DNA of 64,000 nt from a virus (Duplodnaviria; Caudoviricetes). The notes beneath the pieces are model-generated. The model did no database searches. It was not told the origin of the DNA and was given only the letters and a program-made list of their open reading frames with translations. Positions 44,183 through 55,913 of the stretch are shown here, in pieces; within the stretch, counting starts at the first letter, position 1; each line of letters opens with the position of its first letter. The stretch lies in the IMG/VR virus record IMGVR_UViG_3300035208_007487, one strand, 5' to 3'. The position numbers were made by a program, and so were the translations under genes.

Positions 44183-44666
44183 CTACATCTATAATACAAA
44201 ACCCAGATAGATCTTTAATGAAGGCATCAATGTATTTTTTACAATTAAGGTGCCATTCCATATTACGAATGAAATCATTGGCTTGCTCATATGCATCTTC
44301 ACCAACAGTAGTTTTTAAGTCAGTTCCCCAATATCCATGACTAATCATAGTAAAAACAGAATGATCATAATTAAGATCTGAATTATCTAGTTCAATTCTC
44401 CAGTTATTACCATATCGCCAATATCTACGATCAATGCATCTTCCCAAAAATCGCAAACCAAGTTCAGAAGTGCATCTGAACCAAATGGCAAAAGGTTTTT
44501 TACCATGCCCGCAACAAGATTCACAAGTCTGTATTCCTGGTAAACTATTAAGAGCATCACATAATGGAATACATTCAACATCCATCTGTTCATCATAGTT
44601 TTGACTATAGTTTAATTTAAACATTATTTTATGTCCTCGTATAATAGATAACCTTTTGCTCTGCAT
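44169..44666 (-). CDS. hypothetical protein, possible TYW3-like N-domain
   Basis: DVECIPLCDALNSLPGIQTCESCCGH motif. Confidence 0.45.
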   Translation of the reverse strand: MQSKRLSIIRGHKIMFKLNYSQNYDEQMDVECIPLCDALNSLPGIQTCESCCGHGKKPFAIWFRCTSELGLRFLGRCIDRRYWRYGNNWRIELDNSDLNYDHSVFTMISHGYWGTDLKTTVGEDAYEQANDFIRNMEWHLNCKKYIDAFIKDLSGFCIIDVDDKN

Positions 44667-47123
44667 TCTTTCACCGCATCTTCTAATGTTTTTGCATCTA
44701 ATGGAATCTTTTCCATATTAGGCACGGTACACCATCCAACAAAGTGTGGCGCAAGATGTTCCTGGCAATATATGATTTGATTGAAACCAAATTCTTTTTC
44801 ATCTTCCGTTCTCGGTTTTTTAATATCACTCAATTTAATCTCATCTTTCTCCAGATTTATTTCCAGATTTATTGTTTGAATCAATCATCGTGAGGTTGAG
44901 GTTTAAATTTAAGAGGGAAAATAGTAAGATTATATTCATATTTGGGCTTCTTAGGTTCAGATATATCAATAATAATTAAACATTTACCTCTAGAAGTTTT
45001 AATATCATATCCGCCCATATCCAATCTTTCACTGCTAAAAATATTGGATAGTGCAGATTTGGTATTTAATCCTAATAGCTCTTTTACAATAGGATTTAAT
45101 TCTTCTTCTGCAAGATTTGGCTCTATTTGAACTTCTTCATCTACATCATCAAAGTGGATATGATAATGCATAAATTCACCTTTAAGATCTTTGATGATCT
45201 GTTCTTTATTGGCAATAATATGATCTCTTACTAATTGAATAGATTTAGTTGTATTCATTTTTATTTACCTTTCTTTAGGAGGTTCATTTATGAAAGGAAT
45301 ATTAGGTAGAAAGCTTTCCCATTTCTTTACAATCTTTAGTTTATTTTCAATGATAGGTCTAGGCGGAGCTTTAGCTTTTTGAAGTTCATAAACTTCTATT
45401 TCAGCTTCTTCAATATATTGATTGATTTCATTAATTACAATATTGACATAAAATCGCAAGCCTCCAAATTTTTCCTTTACTTGCATAACTTGAAATTCAA
45501 TACCTGGATGAGCGATTAAGTAATTCTCAATCTTCTCACTCAATCTATTAAGAATATCAAACCATTCATCAGGTGCCCAAAATCCACATACGATATCTTT
45601 TTCATATGTTTTGGGATACAATTCTTTAAGTTTAATGTAGGAATCTTTTAGCATTATTTTTTGCTCATTAAATGATTAGCATTGGTATCAATCTTTTTAG
45701 TGCTATCATTTAGCTTGTAAAAATTGATACCAATATTATCACCAATTTTAAACTTTTCACAAGTATCTAAGATACCATAATCATCAGTAGCACCTTCACC
45801 TCCAAAGAAAGAAGCCACATTACTGACATCTTCTTTAATAATAGCAGTCGTATAATATATGCATAAACCATGTCCATTATAATTTTCAATTTTATAAACT
45901 TTTTCTTTAGCATCAATTGGATGATAATAATTCTCGCATCCACTTAGAATAGCAAATGCAAACAAACACATGAGTATCTTTTTCATTATTCAGCTTCTTT
46001 CAGGTAAAGAGTATGTTCAGGAATGAATGGAGCAATTTTGAACAATTCTTTCTTATAACGAGTTTTCAACTCGCTACATTCTTTTTCATAATTCTCCTTA
46101 AGTTCTTGGATCTTTTCCATAAGAGCAATGCCTTCAGATTCTTCAAGGATCATTATAGGCTTTACAATCATTTCCTGATAACCATAAACACGAAAATTTC
46201 CATTGGGTAGAATCTCTTTAGCCTTATCTCCTAAACAATAAGGATAAAGATCATATTTCCAAAACACATAGAGGGAATTCATTCTTTTACTTCCTTATTT
46301 TGATTAAGCATAGTATCAAAAACATGTTGATCTGTTAAAAGATCCTTAACAGTTTCCGTTTCTAGAGCTTCAAGCAATGGAGTATTAGTGCAATTAAGAG
46401 TAGCTTTAAAAATTTTGTCAACTAAATTAGCTGCAATTTTCTTTTTCCAAAGTTCTTGAGTTTTTTCCAATCTATAAGCAGATTTTCCAATTGCCCAATT
46501 AGCTCCATAATGCCCAAAACCACAATAAGGGCATCCATTTGGATATTTGGATTCCCTGAAAATAAATTCACAGCTTGCGCATATCCTTAGATCGGCTTTT
46601 TTATTAGACAAAATATAGCCTTTCATCAAGAATTTGAGCCTTTAATGAATATCACTAAAGGCTCAAATTGAATACAATATTACTTTTTAGAGCTTGAATC
46701 AATATTCAAATTGATGATTTGCTTGGGTATGAATTTATTAGTGGGGATCGCAATTGTATCAACGTAGACGCCGTTAGTATTGAAATGACTCCACATAAAA
46801 GTATGCTCTTTGTAGGCATAATATTTTTGATCCTGATTAAATTTTAAGGCATTAGCCAAATTAGTTGCATTATAATCTTCATTTAGTAGCCTAACGTATG
46901 TTGCTCGCTGGTTCATGTAGTTTTGAAAAGTAAGATCCTTAGTAATTACATCACCTAAAGTGAATAAGTAAAATAGCGCAGCATTACCAGCAAGGGCACC
47001 ACCTGCTATTACCGCACAAGTATACATACAATCCAAAAAATTATTCATTGTATAATTTCTTAGAATTGCACCTGCAAGACCAAGCACGATTCCGATTGCC
47101 AGGATGATGAGCATGAATCCCAT
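44624..47123 (-). CDS. run of small hypothetical, lipoprotein and membrane genes
   Basis: ORF track; QVKEKFGGLRFY family (45265-45654); LSGC lipobox (45654-45986); TM helices (46680-47123). Confidence 0.6.
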
Positions 47124-47261
47124 TTTTATTCCTTACTATATGTTGTTGATTATTATGCCAATCTGATCATTGTCGAATTTAGTCAAGCAGATTGGCTTCA
47201 AAGTAGAATATAAAATTTTATAGCAGAGTGGCTAGCTGAATTTTAGGGATATTTAATAAAT

Positions 47262-47292
47262 CTATCAACAACTTATCCACAATCTATTAACA
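47262..47292 (+). promoter_or_regulatory. tandem DnaA-box-like array
   Basis: CTATCAACA-ac-TTATCCACA-at-CTATTAACA; the middle box is a perfect consensus. Confidence 0.5.
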
Positions 47293-47414
47293 TTTTCTAC
47301 TAAATGAGCTTTAAAAAAGTCTTTAAAGGTATTGGTTTAGCAGATTGGCAACATGTACTATTTGCAAATTTTATTTGTGGAAGTAATTTAAAAGATAAAG
47401 AGAAATAACTATTT

Positions 47415-48014
47415 TTACCACTCTCGTTCAAGCAGAGCACATGCAACATCGCTAAGAATTTCATTATTATCAAATGCTCGAAATACTTGTTCTTTTACAA
47501 TTCTCTTTTTAGTAATTGAGTACCATGTTTGTGCTTCTGATATTGTTTTAAATGCCTTTTTAATTAGCTCTCCATATCCATCATTACACTGCGCCCTATA
47601 TGTGATATTAATTCTACTTGATTTAATTGAAGGTTTTAATGCACTAACTCCTAATGGCAAATCACCACGAGCTGCACCGGAATCTGCTAATAATGAATTT
47701 AAATACACTGGGATAAATCTACAATATTCTGGAGAGTATATTTTATTGCCTATTTTTAGAATATCCTTATCAAGCACAAATCCTTTTTTATAATTATCAT
47801 CATAAAATTTTTTAAAATTAGAAAATAATAACCATTCCTCACAGACAATACAACCTATATAAGTTGGGTGAATTACTTGGCATTTTGCGGAATAACAACG
47901 GTTGAGCATATTATTCCAACAATGATATGATGGAATCATGTGTCCACTTGTACCTACAGATCCATCGTAATCATTTTCTCCCACACCGCACACTAATTTA
48001 TTCTTTTTACGCAT
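47415..48014 (-). CDS. HNH-family homing endonuclease-like protein
   Basis: Likely start MRKKNKLVCGVG; YHCWNNMLNRCY...VCEEWLLFSNF...LDKDIL..GNKIYSPEYC. Confidence 0.8.
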   Translation of the reverse strand: MRKKNKLVCGVGENDYDGSVGTSGHMIPSYHCWNNMLNRCYSAKCQVIHPTYIGCIVCEEWLLFSNFKKFYDDNYKKGFVLDKDILKIGNKIYSPEYCRFIPVYLNSLLADSGAARGDLPLGVSALKPSIKSSRINITYRAQCNDGYGELIKKAFKTISEAQTWYSITKKRIVKEQVFRAFDNNEILSDVACALLEREW

Positions 48015-48249
48015 ATTCACAAGATAATATAAAACTAATGTCATGTCAACACTAAAAACCACATCGGCTATAATAAATGATATGAGCCATTTAGCCCTGA
48101 TAAGTAATTTTATTTGACAATAAATCGACAAATCTGGCAAACCTGCGACTGGAGCTAAGAGCTACACATATGAATCTCAAACGTATATTAATAAAAACAC
48201 ATATTCAGATTGTGAAGGATTTTAATTTTAGCATTATATATCTTTTTGT

Positions 48250-49365
48250 TTATAGTATTAATGTGACTTGTTCAGCCGCCCTAGTAACGGCTGTATATAA
48301 ATGTCTAGCTGAATTTTCACCAAAGACGCTACTTTCATCTAGAATTAAAACATTATCCCATTGGCTACCTTGACTTTTATGAACAGTCAAAGCATCTCCA
48401 AAAGTAAACTCATCAATAGATTTTTTATATTTCCAATTAAGAGTATTTTCAGTTCCCATAAAGAATTCTCTAGGAACCTTAGCATCAAAATCTTCATCTC
48501 CTAGTTCATCTAATGATTCAACTCTTAGATAATATTCTTTAATTTTCTCAACAGATTGAACTTTCCACATACTACCATTTAATAATCCTTTTTTATGATT
48601 ATTCTTAATACATATTAATTTGTCATTAACTCTTGGCTCAAATAAGTCATCAGGATTCGCAACTCCCTTTGATAGCCTAATTCTAGTATTCAGATGAGTT
48701 CTAGTTTTATTCATTCCACAAATAACCTGATCAGCTTTTATTAACATAGCATTGAATTCAGGATTAGCTAAATTTTTACGATATAATATTTGACATTCAT
48801 CATAATCTTCTTTACGAAAATCTACACCCATTCTAATATCTGAAGCTAGTCTAATAATTGGATTATCTTTAGCTTGCCTATGAATTTCAGTTAGCATTAC
48901 ATCCGGTGTAGTGGATGTAAAATATCCTTGCCCTTTAATGGGAGGAAGCTGGAATGGATCACCAATAATTAATATTTTTCTTCCAAATTTAACAAGATCT
49001 TCTCCTATTTCTGGATTAACCATTGAAACTTCATCAATAATAATTAGATCTGCACTAGAAGCTATAGAATCATAGTTCAATACAAATTCTATTTTTCCAT
49101 TTGATTTATCTTCAATTGGACGATAAATTGCACTATGTATTGTTGTTGCATCTGCGCAACCTTTTTTTCTCATAATAAGTGCAGCTTTTCCAGTATATGC
49201 CATATATACTACTACACCTTTAACCAAACTAGCAATTTCACTAATTAATGTAGTTTTACCAGTGCCAGCATATCCAAATAATCTAAAAAGTTGGGGACTT
49301 TTTCTAGTATTCAACCATTTTGATATTTTGCCTAAAGCTTTTTCTTGTTGATTTGACCATTCCAT
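48250..49365 (-). CDS. RecD/Dda-like SF1B helicase
   Basis: GYAGTGKTT, TIHS, IDEVSMV, GDPFQLPP, LTEIHRQ, TVHKSQGSQW, YTAVTRA. Confidence 0.92.
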   Translation of the reverse strand: MEWSNQQEKALGKISKWLNTRKSPQLFRLFGYAGTGKTTLISEIASLVKGVVVYMAYTGKAALIMRKKGCADATTIHSAIYRPIEDKSNGKIEFVLNYDSIASSADLIIIDEVSMVNPEIGEDLVKFGRKILIIGDPFQLPPIKGQGYFTSTTPDVMLTEIHRQAKDNPIIRLASDIRMGVDFRKEDYDECQILYRKNLANPEFNAMLIKADQVICGMNKTRTHLNTRIRLSKGVANPDDLFEPRVNDKLICIKNNHKKGLLNGSMWKVQSVEKIKEYYLRVESLDELGDEDFDAKVPREFFMGTENTLNWKYKKSIDEFTFGDALTVHKSQGSQWDNVLILDESSVFGENSARHLYTAVTRAAEQVTLIL

Positions 49366-49368
49366 TAA

Positions 49369-50954
49369 TCATTTTTTCCTTATATCAGTTAACACATCTT
49401 TAAAATATTCCAATATTGTACCATCATCTGTAGTATATATAACAGTCTTATCGTTTGGAGATACCACAACATCCATTACATGTTTACAATACGCATGGCC
49501 ATTTTGTATATACCTAATATTAGGTATTCCATGAAGTCTATATATATCAGAACTTTGCCCACTAATCTTAGACGTAAAAAATGGGCTATGTATAGATAGT
49601 TTAGCCAAAGAAATGCCAGTAACAATTCCAGCCAAAGTTATTAATATTATTTTATACTTACTCATCAATCGTTGTTTAATTCAATTGTAACATTACTAGC
49701 TAAATCTTCAAAAGATTCCATTATCCAATTTTGACCAGCTTCACCAATTGCATGATATTTATTTGGAATAATAACTACGCCCATTCCTCTTGATAAATCT
49801 CGATTCGATCTAATATCAATGGCTGTCATTAGCACTATTAAATCACTTTTTGCATCTTTCATCAATTTTGGGAAAGGTAATTCTTTAGCCTGACTCTCAG
49901 CATTATCTTTTATTCTTGCTTTCATTAGTTTCTTCCTTGTTTTTAATTGTTGCTTAATTCAATTGTAACATTACTATCTAAATCTGCAAAATTATCCATA
50001 TACCAATTTTCTTCAAATTCACCAATAGGATGAATATTTGAATTATTTGTTGCCACTACATAACCAATTCCTATTACCCGATCTGAGCTTGATTGATTTG
50101 CTTTAATTCCAGTCATCAATACTACTACGATATAATGATCCGACTTAAATTTCATTAATTTAGGGAATTCAGACACTTTAGCTATACTTTTGTCATTAAT
50201 TATTGATTTCATTTATAGCCTTCTTGTTCATTTTTTCTAAGCAATTACTTATAAGTGAGGATTCTAATTCTTCAGTCATTTTCATTACTATTTCATTTTC
50301 AATATCTATATGCTTTTCTACTACATGAGGTATTATTTCATCTTTGGTATTTACCAAATAATGTTTATATACTTCAATTGCGCCCATCAAGCGATAAGCA
50401 TTCCTGATATATGATTTTTCATCTTTCCAATAATCTAAACTAGCATCATACTTAATATAAAATAATGCATTTACTAATTCATGCAGTTCTTTGACAGTTG
50501 GAATTGCCTGAATATCCCAACCACCTTTAGTTACATCTATTCTATCATTTCCAAAATTAGTGCCATGAACTAAATACAATTCTTCAGTACCATCATCCAA
50601 TTGAACTTCTATTCCACCTGTACTGCAATCTCTATAGAAATCGAAATGCTTGATTTTCATTTAATGTAGGTCCATTTGAAGTTGAAGATTTAAAATAGAT
50701 TCTTCAGTTGTTTCACTAATATCATTACAATTAGTTACATAAAATTCACATAATTCATCAATATCATATAGCATAACTTCGTTTACTAGATATATTACAT
50801 ATTCATTATTACTATATTTTAGAGCTTTTTCAACTATTCCTTTTCCATAAAAACCATGCAAGTAATAGATAATCTCATCACCATTACTTAGCGCACTCAC
50901 TTTTTTGAACATTGTTAGCTCTTTCTTTATTGTATTGTTCCAATGGACTACCAA
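49369..50954 (-). CDS. small hypothetical genes, including FPKLMK paralogs 49665-49925 and 49943-50212
   Basis: ORF track; the paralogs share C-terminal DL.SNVTIEL. Confidence 0.6.
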
Positions 50955-51681
50955 ATTTATCTAAGTAATCTCTAAGACCTTGCGCCATATGTCTACGGCC
51001 AGTTCTAAGCCATTTATAATATTTTGCTAAATCTCTCTTGAATAATTTTATCTTTTCTTCATGAACCTTAGTTGGATGATTCCAAAAGCTATACATAATA
51101 TCATCAATACGTTTTTCTGTTAGTTTAGCTCCATTAGCTGCATCATAGAGAAGTAGACTTTTGTAAGCTCTAATAAAACCTCTATGTTCGTTTATAAGCT
51201 CTTCTTTAAAGGTTGGATAATCTCGCCTCACTAGGTTTTTAGTATCCCAAAACCAGACCCTAGGCAATGGTAATTCCAATTCGATTAAATAAAATTTAAT
51301 CAATGGAAAGTGCCTCTTGTAGTTGTTAAATATAACAATATTTGAATCAGAAATAAATGAATAGAAATCTTTAAAGACCTCAAAGGTGCTACGGCAATCT
51401 TTAATATTCTCATCATTTAACCCAATCAAATCACTCCAATATTTCCTAGTTTCTTTCATCTTATTATTAATTGGGCTATAACAGGGCCTAGCTAATACAT
51501 GAAACGTTTCTATCTTATCATTATAGCACTTAATTGCAGAATATTCTACTATACGCCCACCATCTTTTATACTACCATGTTGTATTTGGAAATCTATGAA
51601 GCATATTGTTTTATCTAAATGCCCAATAAAATTAGGTTTATCAATCCCACATTCTCTATCTAATAAACTAAAATATTCCAT
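50884..51681 (-). CDS. DEDDh/DnaQ-like 3'-5' exonuclease homolog with degenerate catalytic motifs
   Basis: FIDFQ...RIVEYSAIK...ETFHVLARP...DT..L pattern; ExoI E>Q and ExoII/III acidic residues not evident. Confidence 0.6.
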   Translation of the reverse strand: MEYFSLLDRECGIDKPNFIGHLDKTICFIDFQIQHGSIKDGGRIVEYSAIKCYNDKIETFHVLARPCYSPINNKMKETRKYWSDLIGLNDENIKDCRSTFEVFKDFYSFISDSNIVIFNNYKRHFPLIKFYLIELELPLPRVWFWDTKNLVRRDYPTFKEELINEHRGFIRAYKSLLLYDAANGAKLTEKRIDDIMYSFWNHPTKVHEEKIKLFKRDLAKYYKWLRTGRRHMAQGLRDYLDKFGSPLEQYNKERANNVQKSECAK

Positions 51682-52035
51682 TATCTAATCTCCTTTGGAT
51701 TTAGTATTTTTAATCCATTCAATAGTTTCTTCTTTAATCAATCTTTGAATTTTATTATGACGGTATTCAAATCCTTTTTCTTCAGCAATATTTAACTCAA
51801 CTAATTGTAATATTTCTTTGGCTAGCAGAGTATCTTTATTTTTAAAATATTCTATATAATAAGGATATAAGTAATCTCTTATTATTTGATGATTGTGAAT
51901 ATTAAATAAAGCTTTTTTGCTAATTTGTGGGGCCATTAATAATTATTTAACAATAATTAAAACATTTTAATAATTTATAAAAAGACTATATAAAATCCTA
52001 ATAGATCAGCCTAATCTCAAATAGTTCTAGTAATG

Positions 52036-53325
52036 CTAAATAATAGTATACATAGCATTAAATTCTTGTTTCATAGACGAGCACTGTTCCGTAAGAAACT
52101 GTAACCTCTCATCTCCACAAGCATAACTTTGGCTGGAACTCAGCCTAGTTGCAGTTTCCCGCAAATGTTTATCCATCAACCATAGGGCATAATATTGTAG
52201 ATTTTTAGCAGCGTTAACATCGCGATCATGATGCACTCCACAATTGCTACAAGTCCATTCTCTATCTGACAGTTTCAATTCGTTATGTTTATGCCCGCAA
52301 ACACTACAATACCTAGAAGAAGCATAGAAGGTAGGAGCCATTATTAAATGGATTCCAGCCCAGCTACATTTATACTTCAAAGTATCTCTAATTTTACCAA
52401 AAGAAGAATCTAAAATAGAACTGGCTAATTTATGATTTTTGGACATATTTTTTGGTTTTAATGTTTCAATAACAATGACTTTTGGCTTGGCTTTTACCAA
52501 AGAACTTGCCAATTTATGCACAGCATCATTGCGGATATCCGCAACTTTCTTGTGAACTCTTGACAATCTTGTTATTGCTTTCTTTCTATTGGTACTTCCT
52601 TTAACTCTTCTAGATACCATTCTTTGATATCGTTGAAGTTTCTTTAAATGACTCTTGTATGCTTTCGGATTGTTAAATGCCTCACCTTCACTAGTAATCG
52701 CTAACTCTTTGATTCCTAAATCTACACCTAGAATATCATTAGTTTCTATTTCGCTAATTGGAGCCAACTCAGGGGCTTCAATATCTTCTTTTATTAAAAA
52801 TGAAACAAACCATCTATCTGCTTGGCGTGATACTGTTGCTTGACTTAATTTTAATTTCCCTTCTTGTATTGGATAATTCTTCTCCTTTAATCTAATCTTG
52901 CCTAATATTGGTAATTGAGCATAATTAGATGCAATATATATTGAACCTGTTAATCTAAATGAATCTTTATTTCCCTTTTTCTTAAATTTTGGATAATCTG
53001 ACTTTTTAGTGAAAAATTGTTTAAAAGCATATTCTAAGTCTCTTAATGATTCCTGGCCGCAGCATTTAGACACTTCACGAATCCAAGGAAACTCATTTTT
53101 GAGCAAGACCCATTCTTTGTGCCAATCTTGAGCATTGCCTAAAGTGCAGGGAATTTTAGGCAAATCATACATTATAGCTAAAGATTTATTAGCTTCATAT
53201 TCTCTAATAAGTTTGTCTAATTCCCAATTATATGCATAACGACTAATTCCAGCACTTTTAGCACATAAAGCTTTTTGACTATTATTGATTTTTAATTCAA
53301 TCTTATAACTGTGCATTCTAATCAT
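52036..53325 (-). CDS. tnpB: TnpB RNA-guided nuclease without adjacent TnpA
   Basis: GVDLGIK, VIETL, CSVCG/CSNCG, HDRDVNAAKN; the 3' end overlaps an omegaRNA-like scaffold. Confidence 0.95.
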   Translation of the reverse strand: MIRMHSYKIELKINNSQKALCAKSAGISRYAYNWELDKLIREYEANKSLAIMYDLPKIPCTLGNAQDWHKEWVLLKNEFPWIREVSKCCGQESLRDLEYAFKQFFTKKSDYPKFKKKGNKDSFRLTGSIYIASNYAQLPILGKIRLKEKNYPIQEGKLKLSQATVSRQADRWFVSFLIKEDIEAPELAPISEIETNDILGVDLGIKELAITSEGEAFNNPKAYKSHLKKLQRYQRMVSRRVKGSTNRKKAITRLSRVHKKVADIRNDAVHKLASSLVKAKPKVIVIETLKPKNMSKNHKLASSILDSSFGKIRDTLKYKCSWAGIHLIMAPTFYASSRYCSVCGHKHNELKLSDREWTCSNCGVHHDRDVNAAKNLQYYALWLMDKHLRETATRLSSSQSYACGDERLQFLTEQCSSMKQEFNAMYTII

Positions 53326-53436
53326 TTTATATTATTTGCCCATTATTTTTTTGTATAAAATTTATTTATACCATCAAACTCCCACTGAATTTTAACTCAG
53401 TATTGTAATATTAACATATTTAGATAAATAATAGAT

Positions 53437-54135
53437 ATGTTTTTGCATGAGTTCCCTGCCTCAATAAAGTCGCAAACTCCTTTCAATTTAGTTATATCTA
53501 ACAGAGTTAAAACTATTACATTACCTATTCCTAAGTTTACCATCAATTCTAATTTAATATCTTCAAATAATTTAAATATACTTTTTACAACTCCTTACAA
53601 AGAACAAGAATTATTCAAAACATTTAATGCCTCAGAAATAGAATATTTAATAACCAGAATAACTGCTGTTTTATCTAATATAAATCTTCCAGAAAATATA
53701 TCAATATATCACTATGATCAAATATTTAACAATAATCTATTTAAATCATATAAACACTATACTAAATTAACTCATATTATTGCTAGCAATAATCAAATTT
53801 ATCCAATATATGAAAAAAATGATATAATAATAACTGAACCATCTCTAGTAATAGATGAATTAAATAGCAAAAAACTCATTAACAAAATTGCTAATGAAGT
53901 TTCAAATTCACTTATATTCATTAAAATAAAGCGGGATAACTTAACAAACATAAGTCACATATTTGGAGTATTATCACAAGTAGCTAATATATTAAATTAT
54001 GATGACTATGATAAAATATTTGCAATAAACCTTAAACAACCTATTGATCTATATGGAGTGCTCACTCAATCGGGTGTTAATAGCTCATTGGCAGTTATTG
54101 ATAGATCTAATGAATTATTTGAATTCCTACAATAA
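53437..54135 (+). CDS. hypothetical protein (late-type promoter)
   Basis: TAAATA-N6-ATG. Confidence 0.7.
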   Translation: MFLHEFPASIKSQTPFNLVISNRVKTITLPIPKFTINSNLISSNNLNILFTTPYKEQELFKTFNASEIEYLITRITAVLSNINLPENISIYHYDQIFNNNLFKSYKHYTKLTHIIASNNQIYPIYEKNDIIITEPSLVIDELNSKKLINKIANEVSNSLIFIKIKRDNLTNISHIFGVLSQVANILNYDDYDKIFAINLKQPIDLYGVLTQSGVNSSLAVIDRSNELFEFLQ

Positions 54136-54136
54136 G

Positions 54137-55282
54137 TTATAAATTAATATTATGTTTTTTAAGCTCTGAGGTTTCTTCTTGAATTTTATTAGCAGCATCT
54201 TTTGCATTATCGCTATGTTTTTTTACACCATCAGCATCTCCTCTATTTTTTGCAGAAATAGCTTGATTATTTTCAAATACGCAATCTTTGATGGCTTGAT
54301 TAAGAGCGGTTTTTTCTAAAGATATTGCAGGCTCATCATCACGATTTATTTCAACATTAGAACTTCCAAATGAAATATTTCTAATTTGATTAATATTATA
54401 GTTATGTAATTGATTACTTATATATAACGCATATTCATAGGCTGAATCAGATTCAACTAATGCTTCATCAACATCTATATATTCGTCATGATTACATGAA
54501 TCTAAAGATGGACAGCCATGAACACTTATTAGAAATGCCGCACCTAAGCAAATACTAGCCCAAATTCCTTTAGACATATTTCAATCCTCCGTATCATTAT
54601 CTTCAAATTCCCAAGATGGTTTAAGTTCTCCATCTGACTCTTGTTTCCAAGTAATATCAAAATCATCTTCAGGGCTATCCATATCAGAATCAATGAAAGT
54701 ATTGGGTGATTTTTTAAACAAATTCTTAATAAAATTGAATATGCTCATAGCCCAAATATATCTGCAAATATGCTTAATCCTTCTAATGCAATACCGGCTC
54801 CTGCTGCTAAGATATCTCCAGGAATACCTCCTAAGTCATCATCAATTGCTAAAGCAATTCCTGCGGCTGTTGCAAATGAGACTAATAATAGATTTGCATC
54901 TTCACTATTCGAGCAATCTTTTTTATGTAAAATTACATCATATGCAAAATCACTAGCTTCAGTTTTGCTCAATCCTTTTGATTGAGCATATTTAATTAAT
55001 TCATCATAGCTCATGGGCGCTTACTCCATATCTATTTAATTCAAATATTTCACATTCAGCTTCAACGAATACTTCAAATCCAAGTTCAGTTGTTTTTGAA
55101 ATAATTTTCATACTGGTAGGAATACCTGTAGACAATGAATCAATTGAAACATTCTTTAACATATCCAATGCTAAATTAGTAGCTTCACTAAATCCTTCGG
55201 ATTCAGATATTACCTCAGTTTTCACTTTATTATAATAAGGGAAATCACTACCAATCATTTTTGTTGTGATATATACGAACAT
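54137..55282 (-). CDS. small genes 54137-54577 (lipoprotein-like), 54581-54748 (acidic, absent from track), 54745-55014, 55004-55282
   Basis: Overlapping ATGA junctions; manual translation of 54581-54748. Confidence 0.6.
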
Positions 55283-55296
55283 GATGCGCTCCTTTA

Positions 55297-55734
55297 TTAA
55301 ATGCGTTCAATACCAAAATTAAATTTAGCATCAAGGCTTAAAAGCTCAGTTCCAGGTAATACTTCAATCTTCTTTCGCATATTCACATTTCTGTCAATAG
55401 ATCCTGAAATGGTGCTAATGTAAGTTGGCAGTTGATTAATTGGAAGATTACTTAATCCATCCAGGACAAAATCAAATCCCCCATCTAAAAATAGAATATC
55501 ATATTTATTTTTAGAAATGAAATTTAATGCAGTAATTCCATCCATAGCAACATCTGAAAATAGTTCGCCTGATTTTTCAGCAATTGATTTTTTAAGATTT
55601 GCATAATCTTCTGAATCAAAATAGTGGCAGTGCTTCAAGATAATGAAATGTAGAGCGGCAAATGCTCCATCTCCAGGAAACATATTTGCAAATTCTCCAA
55701 AATCATCATCAACTAGCAGAATTTTAAGAGACAC
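55297..55734 (-). CDS. receiver (REC)-like domain protein
   Basis: LKILLVDDD...DGITALNFI...YDILFLDG. Confidence 0.7.
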   Translation of the reverse strand: MSLKILLVDDDFGEFANMFPGDGAFAALHFIILKHCHYFDSEDYANLKKSIAEKSGELFSDVAMDGITALNFISKNKYDILFLDGGFDFVLDGLSNLPINQLPTYISTISGSIDRNVNMRKKIEVLPGTELLSLDAKFNFGIERI

Positions 55735-55913
55735 ACAAACCCTTTCATTGATTCAAGCTCTTCCTAAAGGAGGTCTACATTATGCACCAACTATCAATAT
55801 AATATTTTTTAGAAATGCTGGCAAGTGAATTCAGCCTTCTTTTGATTTTACATGATATTTTGTTTTTATTATATTAAGCTGGAACTTTTAAAATTTCGTA
55901 TTGAAAGGATAAT

